Shown one piece after another: positions 17,631 through 27,898 of a DNA stretch of 60,264 bases (the first letter of the stretch is position 1; each line of letters begins with the position of its first letter). Source of the stretch: a virus (lineage: Duplodnaviria; Caudoviricetes). Location of the stretch: positions 1-60,264 of IMG/VR virus record IMGVR_UViG_3300035198_000074. One strand, 5' to 3'. The position numbers and the translations under genes are program-made. The notes under the pieces were generated by a model. The model did not search any database. It saw only the letters and a program-made list of their open reading frames with translations, and was not told the DNA's origin.

Positions 17631-19979
17631 TTAGTCCTCCTCAATGATACGTTTACCGTTAATTATAATTTCTTTGCGTGCTGCTTGCGGAGTGCCTTGA
17701 CCTTTCCCAACTGACTCTCCCTTTATAGACCCGGTTAATTCTATTGGCACATCTGTAGTAACATCCATGTCGCCTATCTTAATTTTCACCTTTTTATATT
17801 TAGGTCTTTCAACAGGAGGAGTCGTGTTAGTCATTTCATAAATTTCTTTTCGCTGTTCTGCCTCCCTGTTATAGATGCTATTGGCAGCATGTCCAGCATC
17901 AGCTCTAATTGTTTGAAGAAGCGCCTTTAGCTGATCTATATTAGTTGACGCATTTAACAAGGCATCCATGTTTCTCTGCGCCTGGACACTAACTTCAGCC
18001 ATCCCCAAGGAACCAGAAGTAAGTTTAGCCCACTCTACAGCAACCCTACCTAATTGGGTTTTAAATGCCACCACGTCTGGATTACCTGCATTATGTTGCA
18101 TCCATAACTTGATGTTGTTCACGGCTGGATATTTTGTTCGTAGCACTTTTAAATTCTCTTGTTCGAGAAGATCTGTATTCTGTTTTAACATATTCTCAAA
18201 ATAGAGAGTTGCAGCCTTTCTCTTTGCCGTAGTCTGATATTCGGTTGTAAGTCCTTTGTATGCGGCTTCCCTAACTCCAGCTTCGGTTCCAGTAAATCCC
18301 TTCTCTCTGGCTCTGCGATATATTTCTGTCGCAACAAGAGGGTATCTATAAGCCATTCGAGAAAACTCAAAGGGTATAACGCCTTTAGTCATATAGCTCT
18401 CAACGGCTTGTTGCCAAGCATCTTCACTAATGTTTCTGATAACAGCTTCTTGCTGTCCCTGTATTGTTGCCCCTGCTTTTTGTTGAGTGCGATTAATCTG
18501 CATTTTGTCCCATGCTTTCAGAGCTTCATCTTCAGATAACCCTAACCCACCTTGCTCTTTTGGCGATTTAGCATGTCGCATAAAGTCCCTATATTCATTT
18601 TGTTCTTCTGGCGTTGTCTTTCCCATAATGCCCGCTGGAAGCACGCCGCCAGGGGTAGCCCATACATATTCTCCTGTGGAAGTCTGCACTAAATGAGGAG
18701 TAAAAGGCTTAGTTGGTGTTGGCTCCATTGCCTTTAGGTATTGAGGGCCAGTTGCTTCCTCTCTCGCTGTCGCTTGGGTTAATGCTTGAGTGAGTGAAGC
18801 AACGTCTTTACTGGCCTGAAGCCTTTCTGCTGCTGCTCTTTTTGGAGTTAGTCCCATTAACCCAAATCCCTGCGATTTAGTTCGTGCTTCTTCAAGAGCC
18901 TTCTGCATAGCGTCTGTAGTAGGTTTATTTTGCTCAGCGATAAGTTCCATCATTCTTTCTTCAGGATGGGCTTCATAGTAAGTTCTTTCATATCCAGGGA
19001 ACACGCCTATTACTGGTAATATAGATGGCCCGCCTTTGAGACTAATCGTGCCTTCCTTTGCCCGCTCCTCGGCCAATCGTTTCTCTGCATAACCAGGAAC
19101 AGCCCATTTTTCTCGTTCGGCAAGCTCCAGGCTTTCAGGGGTAGGTGGCCATACACTTCCACCACCCTGTCGTGAGAAAAGTCGAGAAAAATCCTGCCAC
19201 TTCTTATTGTAAGCAATTTCTTGATCTGACCCAAATATCGGGGAACGGGTATTTTCCTTAAAAGGAGGTGGCGTAAATGGAGACAACGATGTTTGATTGG
19301 TTTGGGTAGTGGGCAATAAACCTCTCATATGTTGGCCAGCTTCCTCGTATGCAGCCATGCCAGTCGGTGCAGATTCTCCTGGCGCCAATGCTGGCAATCC
19401 TCTCATTTTCCTCGCATTGGCTTCATATTCTGCCATACCAGTAAGAGGAGTTACTTCACCCCCCATTTGGCGAGAATAGAGTTTGAGGGTAGGGCGCAAA
19501 AATTCCACTAACTTATCAATAATATCTGGTTCTTTCTTAGGAGGAGGCGTAGACACAGGTTGTGGCGGGGGTGCAGATGTAGGTTGAGGCGGGTTAGTAT
19601 CTTCATCAATACCAATGTCTGCCTGTCCCCATCCCCCTCCTTGCTTCTTCTCCATTTCAAGTAAAGTAGGGGCTACAGTTCCTCCACTTTGTCGTGGAGT
19701 ATACTTATCCTGCCATAGAAAGTTACTTCCTCCAAGTTTTGACGCTTCTGGCAGCATGGAGTAACTTCTACCAGTAGGCGCCTTGGGCAATCCTGGGATT
19801 GGAGGAGGCCTTAATGGTATCACCTTCCCATTCTCGGCAGGAAAGTAGACTCCAGGGGCAGTTACCACTTCTGGGGCAGTTTCAGCTACTGTGTATCCAT
19901 GTGAAGGCTTGGCAATTCCCAAAAGGGCGATCAGCCTCTCTAAATTCGGGTTAGGCTTCTTATAATTTGCAGTTGCCAT
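17631..19979 (-). CDS. large putative ejected internal virion protein
   Basis: Low-complexity Pro/Gly N-half with repeated RQxGG motifs; helical C-half. Confidence 0.6.
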   Translation of the reverse strand: MATANYKKPNPNLERLIALLGIAKPSHGYTVAETAPEVVTAPGVYFPAENGKVIPLRPPPIPGLPKAPTGRSYSMLPEASKLGGSNFLWQDKYTPRQSGGTVAPTLLEMEKKQGGGWGQADIGIDEDTNPPQPTSAPPPQPVSTPPPKKEPDIIDKLVEFLRPTLKLYSRQMGGEVTPLTGMAEYEANARKMRGLPALAPGESAPTGMAAYEEAGQHMRGLLPTTQTNQTSLSPFTPPPFKENTRSPIFGSDQEIAYNKKWQDFSRLFSRQGGGSVWPPTPESLELAEREKWAVPGYAEKRLAEERAKEGTISLKGGPSILPVIGVFPGYERTYYEAHPEERMMELIAEQNKPTTDAMQKALEEARTKSQGFGLMGLTPKRAAAERLQASKDVASLTQALTQATAREEATGPQYLKAMEPTPTKPFTPHLVQTSTGEYVWATPGGVLPAGIMGKTTPEEQNEYRDFMRHAKSPKEQGGLGLSEDEALKAWDKMQINRTQQKAGATIQGQQEAVIRNISEDAWQQAVESYMTKGVIPFEFSRMAYRYPLVATEIYRRAREKGFTGTEAGVREAAYKGLTTEYQTTAKRKAATLYFENMLKQNTDLLEQENLKVLRTKYPAVNNIKLWMQHNAGNPDVVAFKTQLGRVAVEWAKLTSGSLGMAEVSVQAQRNMDALLNASTNIDQLKALLQTIRADAGHAANSIYNREAEQRKEIYEMTNTTPPVERPKYKKVKIKIGDMDVTTDVPIELTGSIKGESVGKGQGTPQAARKEIIINGKRIIEED

Positions 19980-19994
19980 ACTTCCTCCTTATTG

Positions 19995-21005
19995 CTAACC
20001 AGCCTTAATTTGTGCAACTTCTACATCACTTGAACTGTAATTATAATTTGCTGCGTTGCTTGCAGAAATATGGGCTGCGGCACTTACGCTTGCTAACGCC
20101 CCTGCAACTATCTGGGAATTGATCCTTCCTATTGAATCCATTGCAGCCAATCGTAATTGCTTCATAACCTCATAGTTTTTAATATCAATTTCAGCATTCT
20201 TAATGAGCAGGTCAGCCCTTGCTAATTCATACCGCAATTCAGTATCAAAACTCTTAATATCAATATCTGCAAGAGCGGAATGCACCTGGGCAGATGTGCG
20301 ATAAGCATCCAATTCTCCCAGGTAGGTCTTAACTATGGCATCTATACGAGCGGCTTCAGCAGCAATTTCCGCCTGGTAAATCTGGATTCGCTGGAGAATG
20401 AAGGCAGTTCCTTGCTGAATCGCAAACTTAATGTTAGCATCTGACATTTCAAAGTTCTTAATAAGAATATCCCTGCTCTTGTCAGTGCGTTTATTGCCGT
20501 GTTCAGTAATGGCCTGCTGTAGATTAGCCATTAACATGGCATTAGGAAGAGAAAATCCCCGTTTACTCCACTCATCATTAATCCTATCCAGAGTATCTTC
20601 CAGTATTAAGGCATCTCTTTCACTATCTTTTGCAATAATGGCATCCTGGATATTTTCAGGTATGCCCTGTGACTCTCCCTGCACAAGTGTCATAAGCTTG
20701 GACTGGATGAGGTCTTCAAGTTCACTCGCAGTAGGAGCAGTAGGGAAATTAGTAGTTGTATCAGGTTTAGTAGGCTTGGTGTCGGTGAAATCAGATATAA
20801 CAGGAGGGGTAATGGTTCCTAAGTTGGCATCAACATCTATTGCGTTCAATTCCGATGCAATAGTTTGTATGTTATTCATTATTTGAGTGGCTTGGCTTAA
20901 AGCACTGGTAGCATAGGTTCGACCATCCTCAAATTTCTCATCAACAATGGTCATTGATTGATTAAATATAGCCCACCTGTAGGCAATATCATCAGCTACT
21001 GACAT
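19995..21005 (-). CDS. coiled-coil internal virion protein
   Basis: Helical, Ala-rich, SKRGFSLP motif; lies between tail and ejection genes. Confidence 0.55.
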   Translation of the reverse strand: MSVADDIAYRWAIFNQSMTIVDEKFEDGRTYATSALSQATQIMNNIQTIASELNAIDVDANLGTITPPVISDFTDTKPTKPDTTTNFPTAPTASELEDLIQSKLMTLVQGESQGIPENIQDAIIAKDSERDALILEDTLDRINDEWSKRGFSLPNAMLMANLQQAITEHGNKRTDKSRDILIKNFEMSDANIKFAIQQGTAFILQRIQIYQAEIAAEAARIDAIVKTYLGELDAYRTSAQVHSALADIDIKSFDTELRYELARADLLIKNAEIDIKNYEVMKQLRLAAMDSIGRINSQIVAGALASVSAAAHISASNAANYNYSSSDVEVAQIKAG

Positions 21006-21016
21006 CTTACTACCTC

Positions 21017-21484
21017 CTATTTGAGTCCATCATCTGTTATCGTCTTGATTCCAAAAGCTTTTTTGCTTCCATTAGGGATTTCTATGCCCATTTCATTCAA
21101 TACCTGCGTCAGAAACTTCTCTGACTTTTCCATTATAACACCACATTTTTGACAAGTCCATGCTGAATGATACTTGCCACCCTCGGAATCCTTGCAGGAG
21201 GGACAGAGGGAGACAAGGATAACGGTATTCTTCTCATTGCAATTTGGGCAGTCCTTTCTGGGGATAGTAAATGCTCCCTTATCATTTACCATTTCGGCAG
21301 GGGACGGTAAATGGTTCACGTCTCTGGAACTCATGGTGCGGACAGGGATGCCAAGAAGCGGAGCAGTTTCATTGTAAAGTGTTGTGATATTCTTCTCTTC
21401 TGGCAAGCCTTTTAATTGTCGAATAATTGCCCCTGCCTTCAATACTATTTGAGTTATTTGGTGTGGACATGGATCAAAAGCCAT
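21017..21484 (-). CDS. Zn-ribbon protein
   Basis: CPNC, CPSC, CQKC. Confidence 0.6.
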   Translation of the reverse strand: MAFDPCPHQITQIVLKAGAIIRQLKGLPEEKNITTLYNETAPLLGIPVRTMSSRDVNHLPSPAEMVNDKGAFTIPRKDCPNCNEKNTVILVSLCPSCKDSEGGKYHSAWTCQKCGVIMEKSEKFLTQVLNEMGIEIPNGSKKAFGIKTITDDGLK

Positions 21485-21502
21485 AATCTTCTCCTCTTAA
21501 TA

Positions 21503-21970
21503 CTACAAGTTTGTCAGTCTATGAAATTCCATTAAATATGCCACCGCTTGATTTAAAATCTCTGGATCATCTCCAAAAAAACCAAGTCCTGTATTACAAG
21601 ATCGGCACAAAATTCCCCTAATTTTATTACTTGAATGTTCATGATCTATAACGGTTGTTTGATCTGAAAGGGAATTTTTACAGATAGCGCATTTATTATC
21701 TTGCTTAATTAATAGATATTCAAATTCTTTTAATGAAATTCCATATTTATATTTCAACTTTCGGTCTTTATATATTGATTTTCTTTCTTGATAATACCTT
21801 TGATGATATTTATGCTTTCGTTCTTTAATTTGAACCTTATTTTCCATGGCATAAACCTTACCATTCTCTGACATTTTCTTCCTATTCTTTTGATACCATG
21901 CTCTTGTTCTCTGTAACTGTTCTTGCTTGTGCTTTGCATACCATTTTTTTCTTTGTTCTGCGGTATTCAT
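21503..21970 (-). CDS. endonuclease VII-family HNH (homing-type) endonuclease
   Basis: Basic N-terminus, KYKYGI, Q..KCAIC, IDHEH, IRGILCRSCN.GLG.F.D. Confidence 0.85.
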   Translation of the reverse strand: MNTAEQRKKWYAKHKQEQLQRTRAWYQKNRKKMSENGKVYAMENKVQIKERKHKYHQRYYQERKSIYKDRKLKYKYGISLKEFEYLLIKQDNKCAICKNSLSDQTTVIDHEHSSNKIRGILCRSCNTGLGFFGDDPEILNQAVAYLMEFHRLTNL

Positions 21971-21972
21971 AA

Positions 21973-23859
21973 TCAAAATGGTAATCCCGTCCATGGATTA
22001 ATGGGACAGCAACCTTGATCTTTCATTGCCTGCGTTCTTTTATCGCAAGTATAGCCACAAGGATGTGCATAGGAGCATGTTGGTGGTTGGCATTGATATG
22101 CACCACAATTTATTCCAGAATTAGTAATGTAATCGCATGGATCTCCAAATATATCTTCACATGAAGCCCCCAATTGGTTACAGGAAAACGTCACTTGAGC
22201 ACAATTTCCAGGATTATAGCCTGGACAACCAGGCCCAAGAGTTTCAGAAATAAAACTTCCATCGCAACGATAGCTGTAATATTTATAGCCGATACCACAT
22301 ACCCTCAAAACCCCACAACCATAACAATCTGCCCATCCACATATCCCCGGCCAGTTTGCCCATTGCTCATTATAGGCAATCTCATCGGGTGTATAACAAT
22401 TTACGGCTATCTTAATATCCGCACTGTCACCGCAACAGTCTGTAACTGTAATTGTAGGATTAAAAGCACATCCAGCATTTGAAGCAGGGGCTGTATATGA
22501 CGCAGATGAACCATCGTCGCTTTGTGTCAGTGTGCCACCACCTGCAAGACTCCATTCATAGGGACCGATCCCGCCATTAGCTGAGAAATTTTGGCCTTCG
22601 CTACATTCCATCATCAGCGATGTATATCCTATTGAAAGAGGCTCATGTTGACCACTACAAGCATCAACTGTTTGAACAACATACTGGACTCCACAACGAT
22701 CTGTCAAAGTAATAGTCACTTTATCATGACAGTCTTCTGATAGATTAGTAATATAATAAGCAACCGTTTTATACCCGCTCTCTGGAACAATAAGCTCTCC
22801 AGGGCCAGATAAAGTCCATTCAAACGGAATACAGCTTCCTTTAATATCAGGAATGGCATATAAGGGAGCGCGGTCATAAGGACTTAATAATGAATATAGC
22901 CTTAATTTCGGTTGGTCTAAATCTTGAGGCATTTTACAAAGTGCAACATCTCCATACATAATAAAAGGTGAGCACGTCCCAAAATCTTCCCACCAGATTT
23001 CTACTTTTCTATCATCCGCCGCTTTTTCGCAACAATCCACCTTCACGATGGTTTCGACTTGACAAAGCTCATTTCCACCATACTGGATAAACAATTTTAA
23101 AAGAAGGTATCCCAAACCAGTTCTTGAGAAAATGCCACCTTCCCATTCTGTATAGGCTTTCCATAAGAAATAAGTACCTTGCGCATCATGATCAAACTTT
23201 AGAATTTCGGCTTGCCCAGAGTCATAGAAACTGTAGATGAGGTGATTTTCAGGATCGGGCGGAACAGGGGGAGTACTGTCTGGATGACCTTGAAAATAAG
23301 GAACAGCCCCACCCAGATAAAGGCGTTTTGAAGCATCATAAGTATAGGGATGACATTCAGGCGAACTTATACTATCTGTCTCGCATACAGTAGAAAGAAC
23401 GGAGGAACAGGTAGTACAATTCGTCAAACTGAGACGATAATATGTTTTAAGATAATCCACTCCTTCTACCTCAGTATTGCCCTCTGGGTCTTTAATTATC
23501 CACACATCGCCTTCCTTTGTAAATATCTCCTGACCTGGGGCATACCACTTCATCGGGGGTATTTTTTCTGGTGGATTTATAAATTCAATAACACATGCAG
23601 GCGCCAAAGCCGCCACTGCCGCCAGAGTTGTATCAATATTGACAAAGTCTTGTCCGAATATTGACCATGCCGTGATGATGGTTCCGTCTGTGAAATAGCG
23701 GGTCATCTTCAACTGACCGAGGGCATTAAACTTCATTTGATTCTTGAGTTCATAGAGGAGTTTATCCGCCTCGCCCCGAAATTGACTCGCATAAACCTTA
23801 TCGCCCTTGACGGTTCGAGTGAGTGCTGTGCTTGGATACTGGAATTGCCATTCCTTCAT
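21973..23859 (-). CDS. Cys-rich tail-associated protein
   Basis: About 36 Cys counted by eye; Ig-like GGIGPYEWSL segment; tail module position. Confidence 0.55.
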   Translation of the reverse strand: MKEWQFQYPSTALTRTVKGDKVYASQFRGEADKLLYELKNQMKFNALGQLKMTRYFTDGTIITAWSIFGQDFVNIDTTLAAVAALAPACVIEFINPPEKIPPMKWYAPGQEIFTKEGDVWIIKDPEGNTEVEGVDYLKTYYRLSLTNCTTCSSVLSTVCETDSISSPECHPYTYDASKRLYLGGAVPYFQGHPDSTPPVPPDPENHLIYSFYDSGQAEILKFDHDAQGTYFLWKAYTEWEGGIFSRTGLGYLLLKLFIQYGGNELCQVETIVKVDCCEKAADDRKVEIWWEDFGTCSPFIMYGDVALCKMPQDLDQPKLRLYSLLSPYDRAPLYAIPDIKGSCIPFEWTLSGPGELIVPESGYKTVAYYITNLSEDCHDKVTITLTDRCGVQYVVQTVDACSGQHEPLSIGYTSLMMECSEGQNFSANGGIGPYEWSLAGGGTLTQSDDGSSASYTAPASNAGCAFNPTITVTDCCGDSADIKIAVNCYTPDEIAYNEQWANWPGICGWADCYGCGVLRVCGIGYKYYSYRCDGSFISETLGPGCPGYNPGNCAQVTFSCNQLGASCEDIFGDPCDYITNSGINCGAYQCQPPTCSYAHPCGYTCDKRTQAMKDQGCCPINPWTGLPF

Positions 23860-25091
23860 GATGTCTTAATAGGCTCCACAAGCATACTCATGTTATCAAT
23901 ATCAAAATCTGCACCATCATTATTCATGATTCGGATTGTGAAATAGTATCCCTTCAAACCAGTAGGCATCTTAAGCCGCTCTTGCGCAATCACGCTACCT
24001 GTTATTGTAGATGCTTTACTTACTTCTTGAGTTACATCTTCATCAGGGTAGACGTAGACAGTAAGAGTGCCTGTTGCCCTAAACATAAAGGTTATATCCC
24101 GCAAATATTTGCGCAAGCTTGTCCCGAAGTCAGTAGAGCCAGTCTTGAGCTTGGCAGATATAGTCGTTCCATTATCATCTGTCCCGCCTATCTCATAAAT
24201 ACCAGTCGGAGTAGCCCCCAATATTCTTCCGTTAAAATTAGCAATGGAGTTAAAGTTGAAGCCACTGTAGGTAGAGATTGCCTTATTCTTTATGTTGATT
24301 ACGATTCCAGTATATACCTCAGCAGGAGCTTCGCTGGGGCTGGCGCTTGGGGAAGCGGAAGGGCTGGCAGACGGAGACATGGAAGGACTCATTGAAGGCG
24401 AGGGAGAAGGACTTTCCGATGGGCTTCGTGAAGGAGAGGCTGTGCCACTTGCGCTTGGGCTACGGCTTGGGCTTGCGCTGGGAGATTTACTGGGGCTTTC
24501 CGAAGGCGACATGCTTGGGCTGGGAGAAGGAGAAATTGATGGACTCTTACTGGGACTCATACTTGGCGAAATACTTGGGCTTTCAGATGGCGATTCACTT
24601 GGGCTTCGACTCTTGCTTGCAGATGGTGATAAGCTTGCGGAAGGTGATAAGCTTGGGGATTCGCTGGGCGACATACTGGGGCTTCTGCTGGGGCTTAGCG
24701 ATGCTGATGGCGACAAACTGGGACTTGCACTGGGACTCATGCTTGGACTTTTGCTTGGTGATTCACTGGGACTAATACTCGCTGATGGGGATAAGCTTGG
24801 GCTTGCAGATGGCGATCTGCTTGGACTGGCAGAGGGAGAAGCACTTGGGCTTATACTGGGACTCATAGATGCAGAGGGAGATAAACTTGGACTCTTACTG
24901 GGGCTTACTGATGGAGAAGCGCTGGGACTTCTGCTTGGACTGACAGAAGCCGATGGAGACAAACTTGGGGAGGCGCTTGGACTCTGGCTTGCAGACGGAG
25001 AGAGACTCGGTGAGACACTGGGGCTCATCGAAGGGCTTAAACTTGGAGAAGCGCTTGGGCTTGCTGATGGGCTTTCACTTGCACTTGCCAT
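23856..25091 (-). CDS. tail protein with ~250-aa N-terminal (SPSX)n tract
   Basis: GGGAGG RBS before MASASESPS; C-domain VINIKNKAISTY...FNS...TG.TDFG typical of podophage tail proteins. Confidence 0.75.
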   Translation of the reverse strand: MASASESPSASPSASPSLSPSMSPSVSPSLSPSASQSPSASPSLSPSASVSPSRSPSASPSVSPSKSPSLSPSASMSPSISPSASPSASPSRSPSASPSLSPSASISPSESPSKSPSMSPSASPSLSPSASLSPSRSPSMSPSESPSLSPSASLSPSASKSRSPSESPSESPSISPSMSPSKSPSISPSPSPSMSPSESPSKSPSASPSRSPSASGTASPSRSPSESPSPSPSMSPSMSPSASPSASPSASPSEAPAEVYTGIVINIKNKAISTYSGFNFNSIANFNGRILGATPTGIYEIGGTDDNGTTISAKLKTGSTDFGTSLRKYLRDITFMFRATGTLTVYVYPDEDVTQEVSKASTITGSVIAQERLKMPTGLKGYYFTIRIMNNDGADFDIDNMSMLVEPIKTS

Positions 25092-25095
25092 ATTA

Positions 25096-25986
25096 CTACC
25101 TCCCAATAGCTAAAAATTGCTGAAATGGGGAATTTCTGATAATAGCAGAACCAGACGTGAGTCCAGTCTTTTGGAATAGTCCTTCCTGCACCTTGACTAC
25201 AACCCCCTGATTATAGCCTGCATATACGTAACCATCTTCCGCAAGCCAGTAAGCTACCCTTGCTGCTGGTGCGCCTTTGGGGACCAATACCGCAGACATG
25301 CCTTCAATAGCAGGATAATCTAACTTTGGAGTTTCTACCCACTCTGATATTGGACTCCTGCCCGCTTCAAAATAGACTTTTTCACTATCGCTTACATAGA
25401 TGCCATTATCCACAGCCTTTACCATGGTAATCCTGCTTTTGAAAGAAATGGCATTTTTTCTTGTATCCATACGAGTAGGGATAGTGGCATCTGAGAAGAA
25501 TAGGTTGGTATTGTTAGCTGCATAAAGTCTGCTATTATACCATTCAAGTATCTGACCACCCACCATTCTTACTTTATAATCTTCTGTTGGGGTCGGAAAT
25601 GGATAGGGCAATCCTGTTCTCACATCAATATAGCCAATGATACTCATATTGGAGAAGTAGACGTAATTGCCGTTAAATGTGTAGGCAAAATCGTCATCAC
25701 CACTCACATCCTCAATCAGGATAGTGGAAGTATTGTCGGCATTGAGTCGTTTGAAAGTTGTGCCTTGCAGGTAGAGACAAATGTCGTCATTTGCCCACAG
25801 GCTTCTTATGTTAGTGCCTGATACTATTGCACTCCCGAAGCCATCTCGTAAGTGAGGCTTGCCCATATCATCAATATCCACATTCTCAATCTCGTAGAAG
25901 TAGGCTCCATCCTTGCGAAGTCTGTTGGTTGCAAGGTCAGATACATTATCAATTCCATAGACTCGTGTAATTTTATAATCAGGCAT
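25096..25986 (-). CDS. tail nozzle / tubular-protein-like beta-propeller
   Basis: AGGAGG RBS before MPDYK; GIDNV...NVDIDD.G...R.G; beta-rich. Confidence 0.6.
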   Translation of the reverse strand: MPDYKITRVYGIDNVSDLATNRLRKDGAYFYEIENVDIDDMGKPHLRDGFGSAIVSGTNIRSLWANDDICLYLQGTTFKRLNADNTSTILIEDVSGDDDFAYTFNGNYVYFSNMSIIGYIDVRTGLPYPFPTPTEDYKVRMVGGQILEWYNSRLYAANNTNLFFSDATIPTRMDTRKNAISFKSRITMVKAVDNGIYVSDSEKVYFEAGRSPISEWVETPKLDYPAIEGMSAVLVPKGAPAARVAYWLAEDGYVYAGYNQGVVVKVQEGLFQKTGLTSGSAIIRNSPFQQFLAIGR

Positions 25987-27079
25987 CGAGGAAGCCTCCT
26001 TTATACCCATAGTATGACGCATTTGAATAACTTGTGCCATTATTAATTCTAATGTCTCTTACCCACCCAGCATAGGGAGGTTCCGTTATTGCTTCTGATG
26101 GCGATGGGGAAGGACTCATAGATGGACTGACGGATAGACTTAAGCTTGGGCTTAATGAAGGAGAAATGCTTGGCGAAGCGCTCGGCGAAACACTGGGCGA
26201 TAGACTTGGACTAATACTTGGACTCTTAGACGGCGATCCGCTTGGAGAAATACTTGGACTTAATGATGCACTGGGGCTGAGTGAAGGACTCACAGATGGA
26301 GACGCAGAAGGTGACTCAGACGCAGAAAGTGACGCTGAGGGACTTAGCGAAGGACTCATGCTCGGCGATATAGAAGGCGAAGCCGAAGGGGAAACACTTG
26401 GTGAAAGCGATGCAGAACCTATTGCCACACTTGGGCTTGCAGATGGAGACTCGCTTGGACTTATTGACGGAGATAGACTCGGAGAAATAGATGGAGATAA
26501 AGACGGAGACACCGATGCTGATGGACTCAAGCTTGGGCTTTCACTTGGAGAAATAGAAGGAGAAATGCTTAGACTAATGGATGGGCTTGCGGATGGAGAA
26601 ACTGAAGCTGATGGAGATAAGGAAGGACTTGCCGAGGGCGACATAGATGGTGACAAGCTTGGTGACTGCGAGGGCGATGCTGAAGGAGAAAGCGATGGCG
26701 ATTCGGAAGGTGACTCACTGGGACTCATTGAGAGCGACATACTTGGAGAAACTGATGCTGAAGGACTTAATGAAGGACTTTCAGATGGAGACTTACTGGC
26801 ACTTAGCGAAGGAGATGCGGATGGCGACAAACTCGCACTCTCAGAAGGTGATTTAGAAGGTGATAGACTCGGACTTTCTGATGGCGAGGGTGAAGGGCTA
26901 ACAGATGGAGATATTGATGGGCTAAGGCTTGCACTTGGCGAAAGCGATGGACTGGCACTTGGCGATTCGGATGGACTTACCGATGGAGATAAGCTTGCCG
27001 AAGGGGCACTAATAATCACCTCATCGCCAGCATTACTGATAACTTGATTGCCTAAATTGTCTATGACATATAAAGCCAT
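25979..27079 (-). CDS. protein made almost entirely of (SPSX)n repeats
   Basis: About 300 aa of Ser-Pro repeat between a short VIDNxGN N-terminal peptide and a WVRDIR C-terminal peptide. Confidence 0.75.
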   Translation of the reverse strand: MALYVIDNLGNQVISNAGDEVIISAPSASLSPSVSPSESPSASPSLSPSASLSPSISPSVSPSPSPSESPSLSPSKSPSESASLSPSASPSLSASKSPSESPSLSPSASVSPSMSLSMSPSESPSESPSLSPSASPSQSPSLSPSMSPSASPSLSPSASVSPSASPSISLSISPSISPSESPSLSPSASVSPSLSPSISPSLSPSISPSESPSASPSVAIGSASLSPSVSPSASPSISPSMSPSLSPSASLSASESPSASPSVSPSLSPSASLSPSISPSGSPSKSPSISPSLSPSVSPSASPSISPSLSPSLSLSVSPSMSPSPSPSEAITEPPYAGWVRDIRINNGTSYSNASYYGYKGGFLDA

Positions 27080-27099
27080 AATTCTCTTTTATTTACCTT

Positions 27100-27269
27100 T
27101 CAATCATTTCCCATACCTGACCCACAATCAATGGCCATACCCTTTTCCGAATTCCCTACATTGTCAATCACATCGTTGGTCAAGTTATCTATCACTTGTC
27201 TTGGAATAGCCATTTACTCTAATTCCTCAATGCTCGACTTGTCTCGTCCCATGAATAGGAATAAGCCAT
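27100..27269 (-). pseudogene. two tiny gene stubs (16 aa and 37 aa)
   Basis: GGAGGAG then MAYSYSWDETSRALRN* (27219-27269); MAIPRQVIDNLTNDVIDNVGN... (27100-27213) resembles the N-terminus of 25979-27079. Confidence 0.45.
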
Positions 27270-27334
27270 TTTTCTCCTCCTATAATTGTTTTCTCATAAC
27301 AATTCTATTATGAACTTAAATATTGTTCTCATTT

Positions 27335-27883
27335 TCAATACCATTCTACCCAATAATTTAGAGATGCAGAACCAGAAGTGCCAATCTTATAATAGTTATT
27401 TGGTAAAACCATAAATGCCAACGTAAAGGCAGTACTATTATAAGACACTCCAGCAACTATAGTTGTTGGGGGATTACTGGCGTCTGTATAAGCATACTGC
27501 CAACCAGAGGTAGATACCAAAGTAACCACTACAAATATTGTTTTACCTGTTGTGTTCTGATACACTGTTCCAATTGCACGTGAAGCAGTAACCACATTTT
27601 GGGTAGAAAATGGAGCAGCTGTTATTGTTACGTCAACCTCATCATCAGTGGCATCATCTGCAACTGTTAGGGTAATGTTAGTTCCTTCAACTAAGTTAAG
27701 CCTTTTTCTTGTTCCAACGTTCGCTCCGCTATTCTTTCTTACCGTAACTTTCTGAGCATCAGCTAAAAGTCCTGACAATCCTGCTACACTAATCTCATCA
27801 CTTCCTCCATCCTGATGGGAAGTTGAATGAGCTTTTGGACTATGAAGATCGGCATCAGTCAAATCTTTATGATATACAGTCAT
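27335..27883 (-). CDS. short tail fibre / collar protein
   Basis: H.PKAH..SHQDGGSDEI; C-terminal RAIGTVYQNTTGKTIFV...VLPNNYY fibre tip domain. Confidence 0.65.
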   Translation of the reverse strand: MTVYHKDLTDADLHSPKAHSTSHQDGGSDEISVAGLSGLLADAQKVTVRKNSGANVGTRKRLNLVEGTNITLTVADDATDDEVDVTITAAPFSTQNVVTASRAIGTVYQNTTGKTIFVVVTLVSTSGWQYAYTDASNPPTTIVAGVSYNSTAFTLAFMVLPNNYYKIGTSGSASLNYWVEWY

Positions 27884-27898
27884 TTGTTATTACCTCCC

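Noticed and set aside
21973-22400. Diversity-generating retroelement target in the Cys-rich C-terminus
   Set aside because: I saw no reverse transcriptase and no template repeat.
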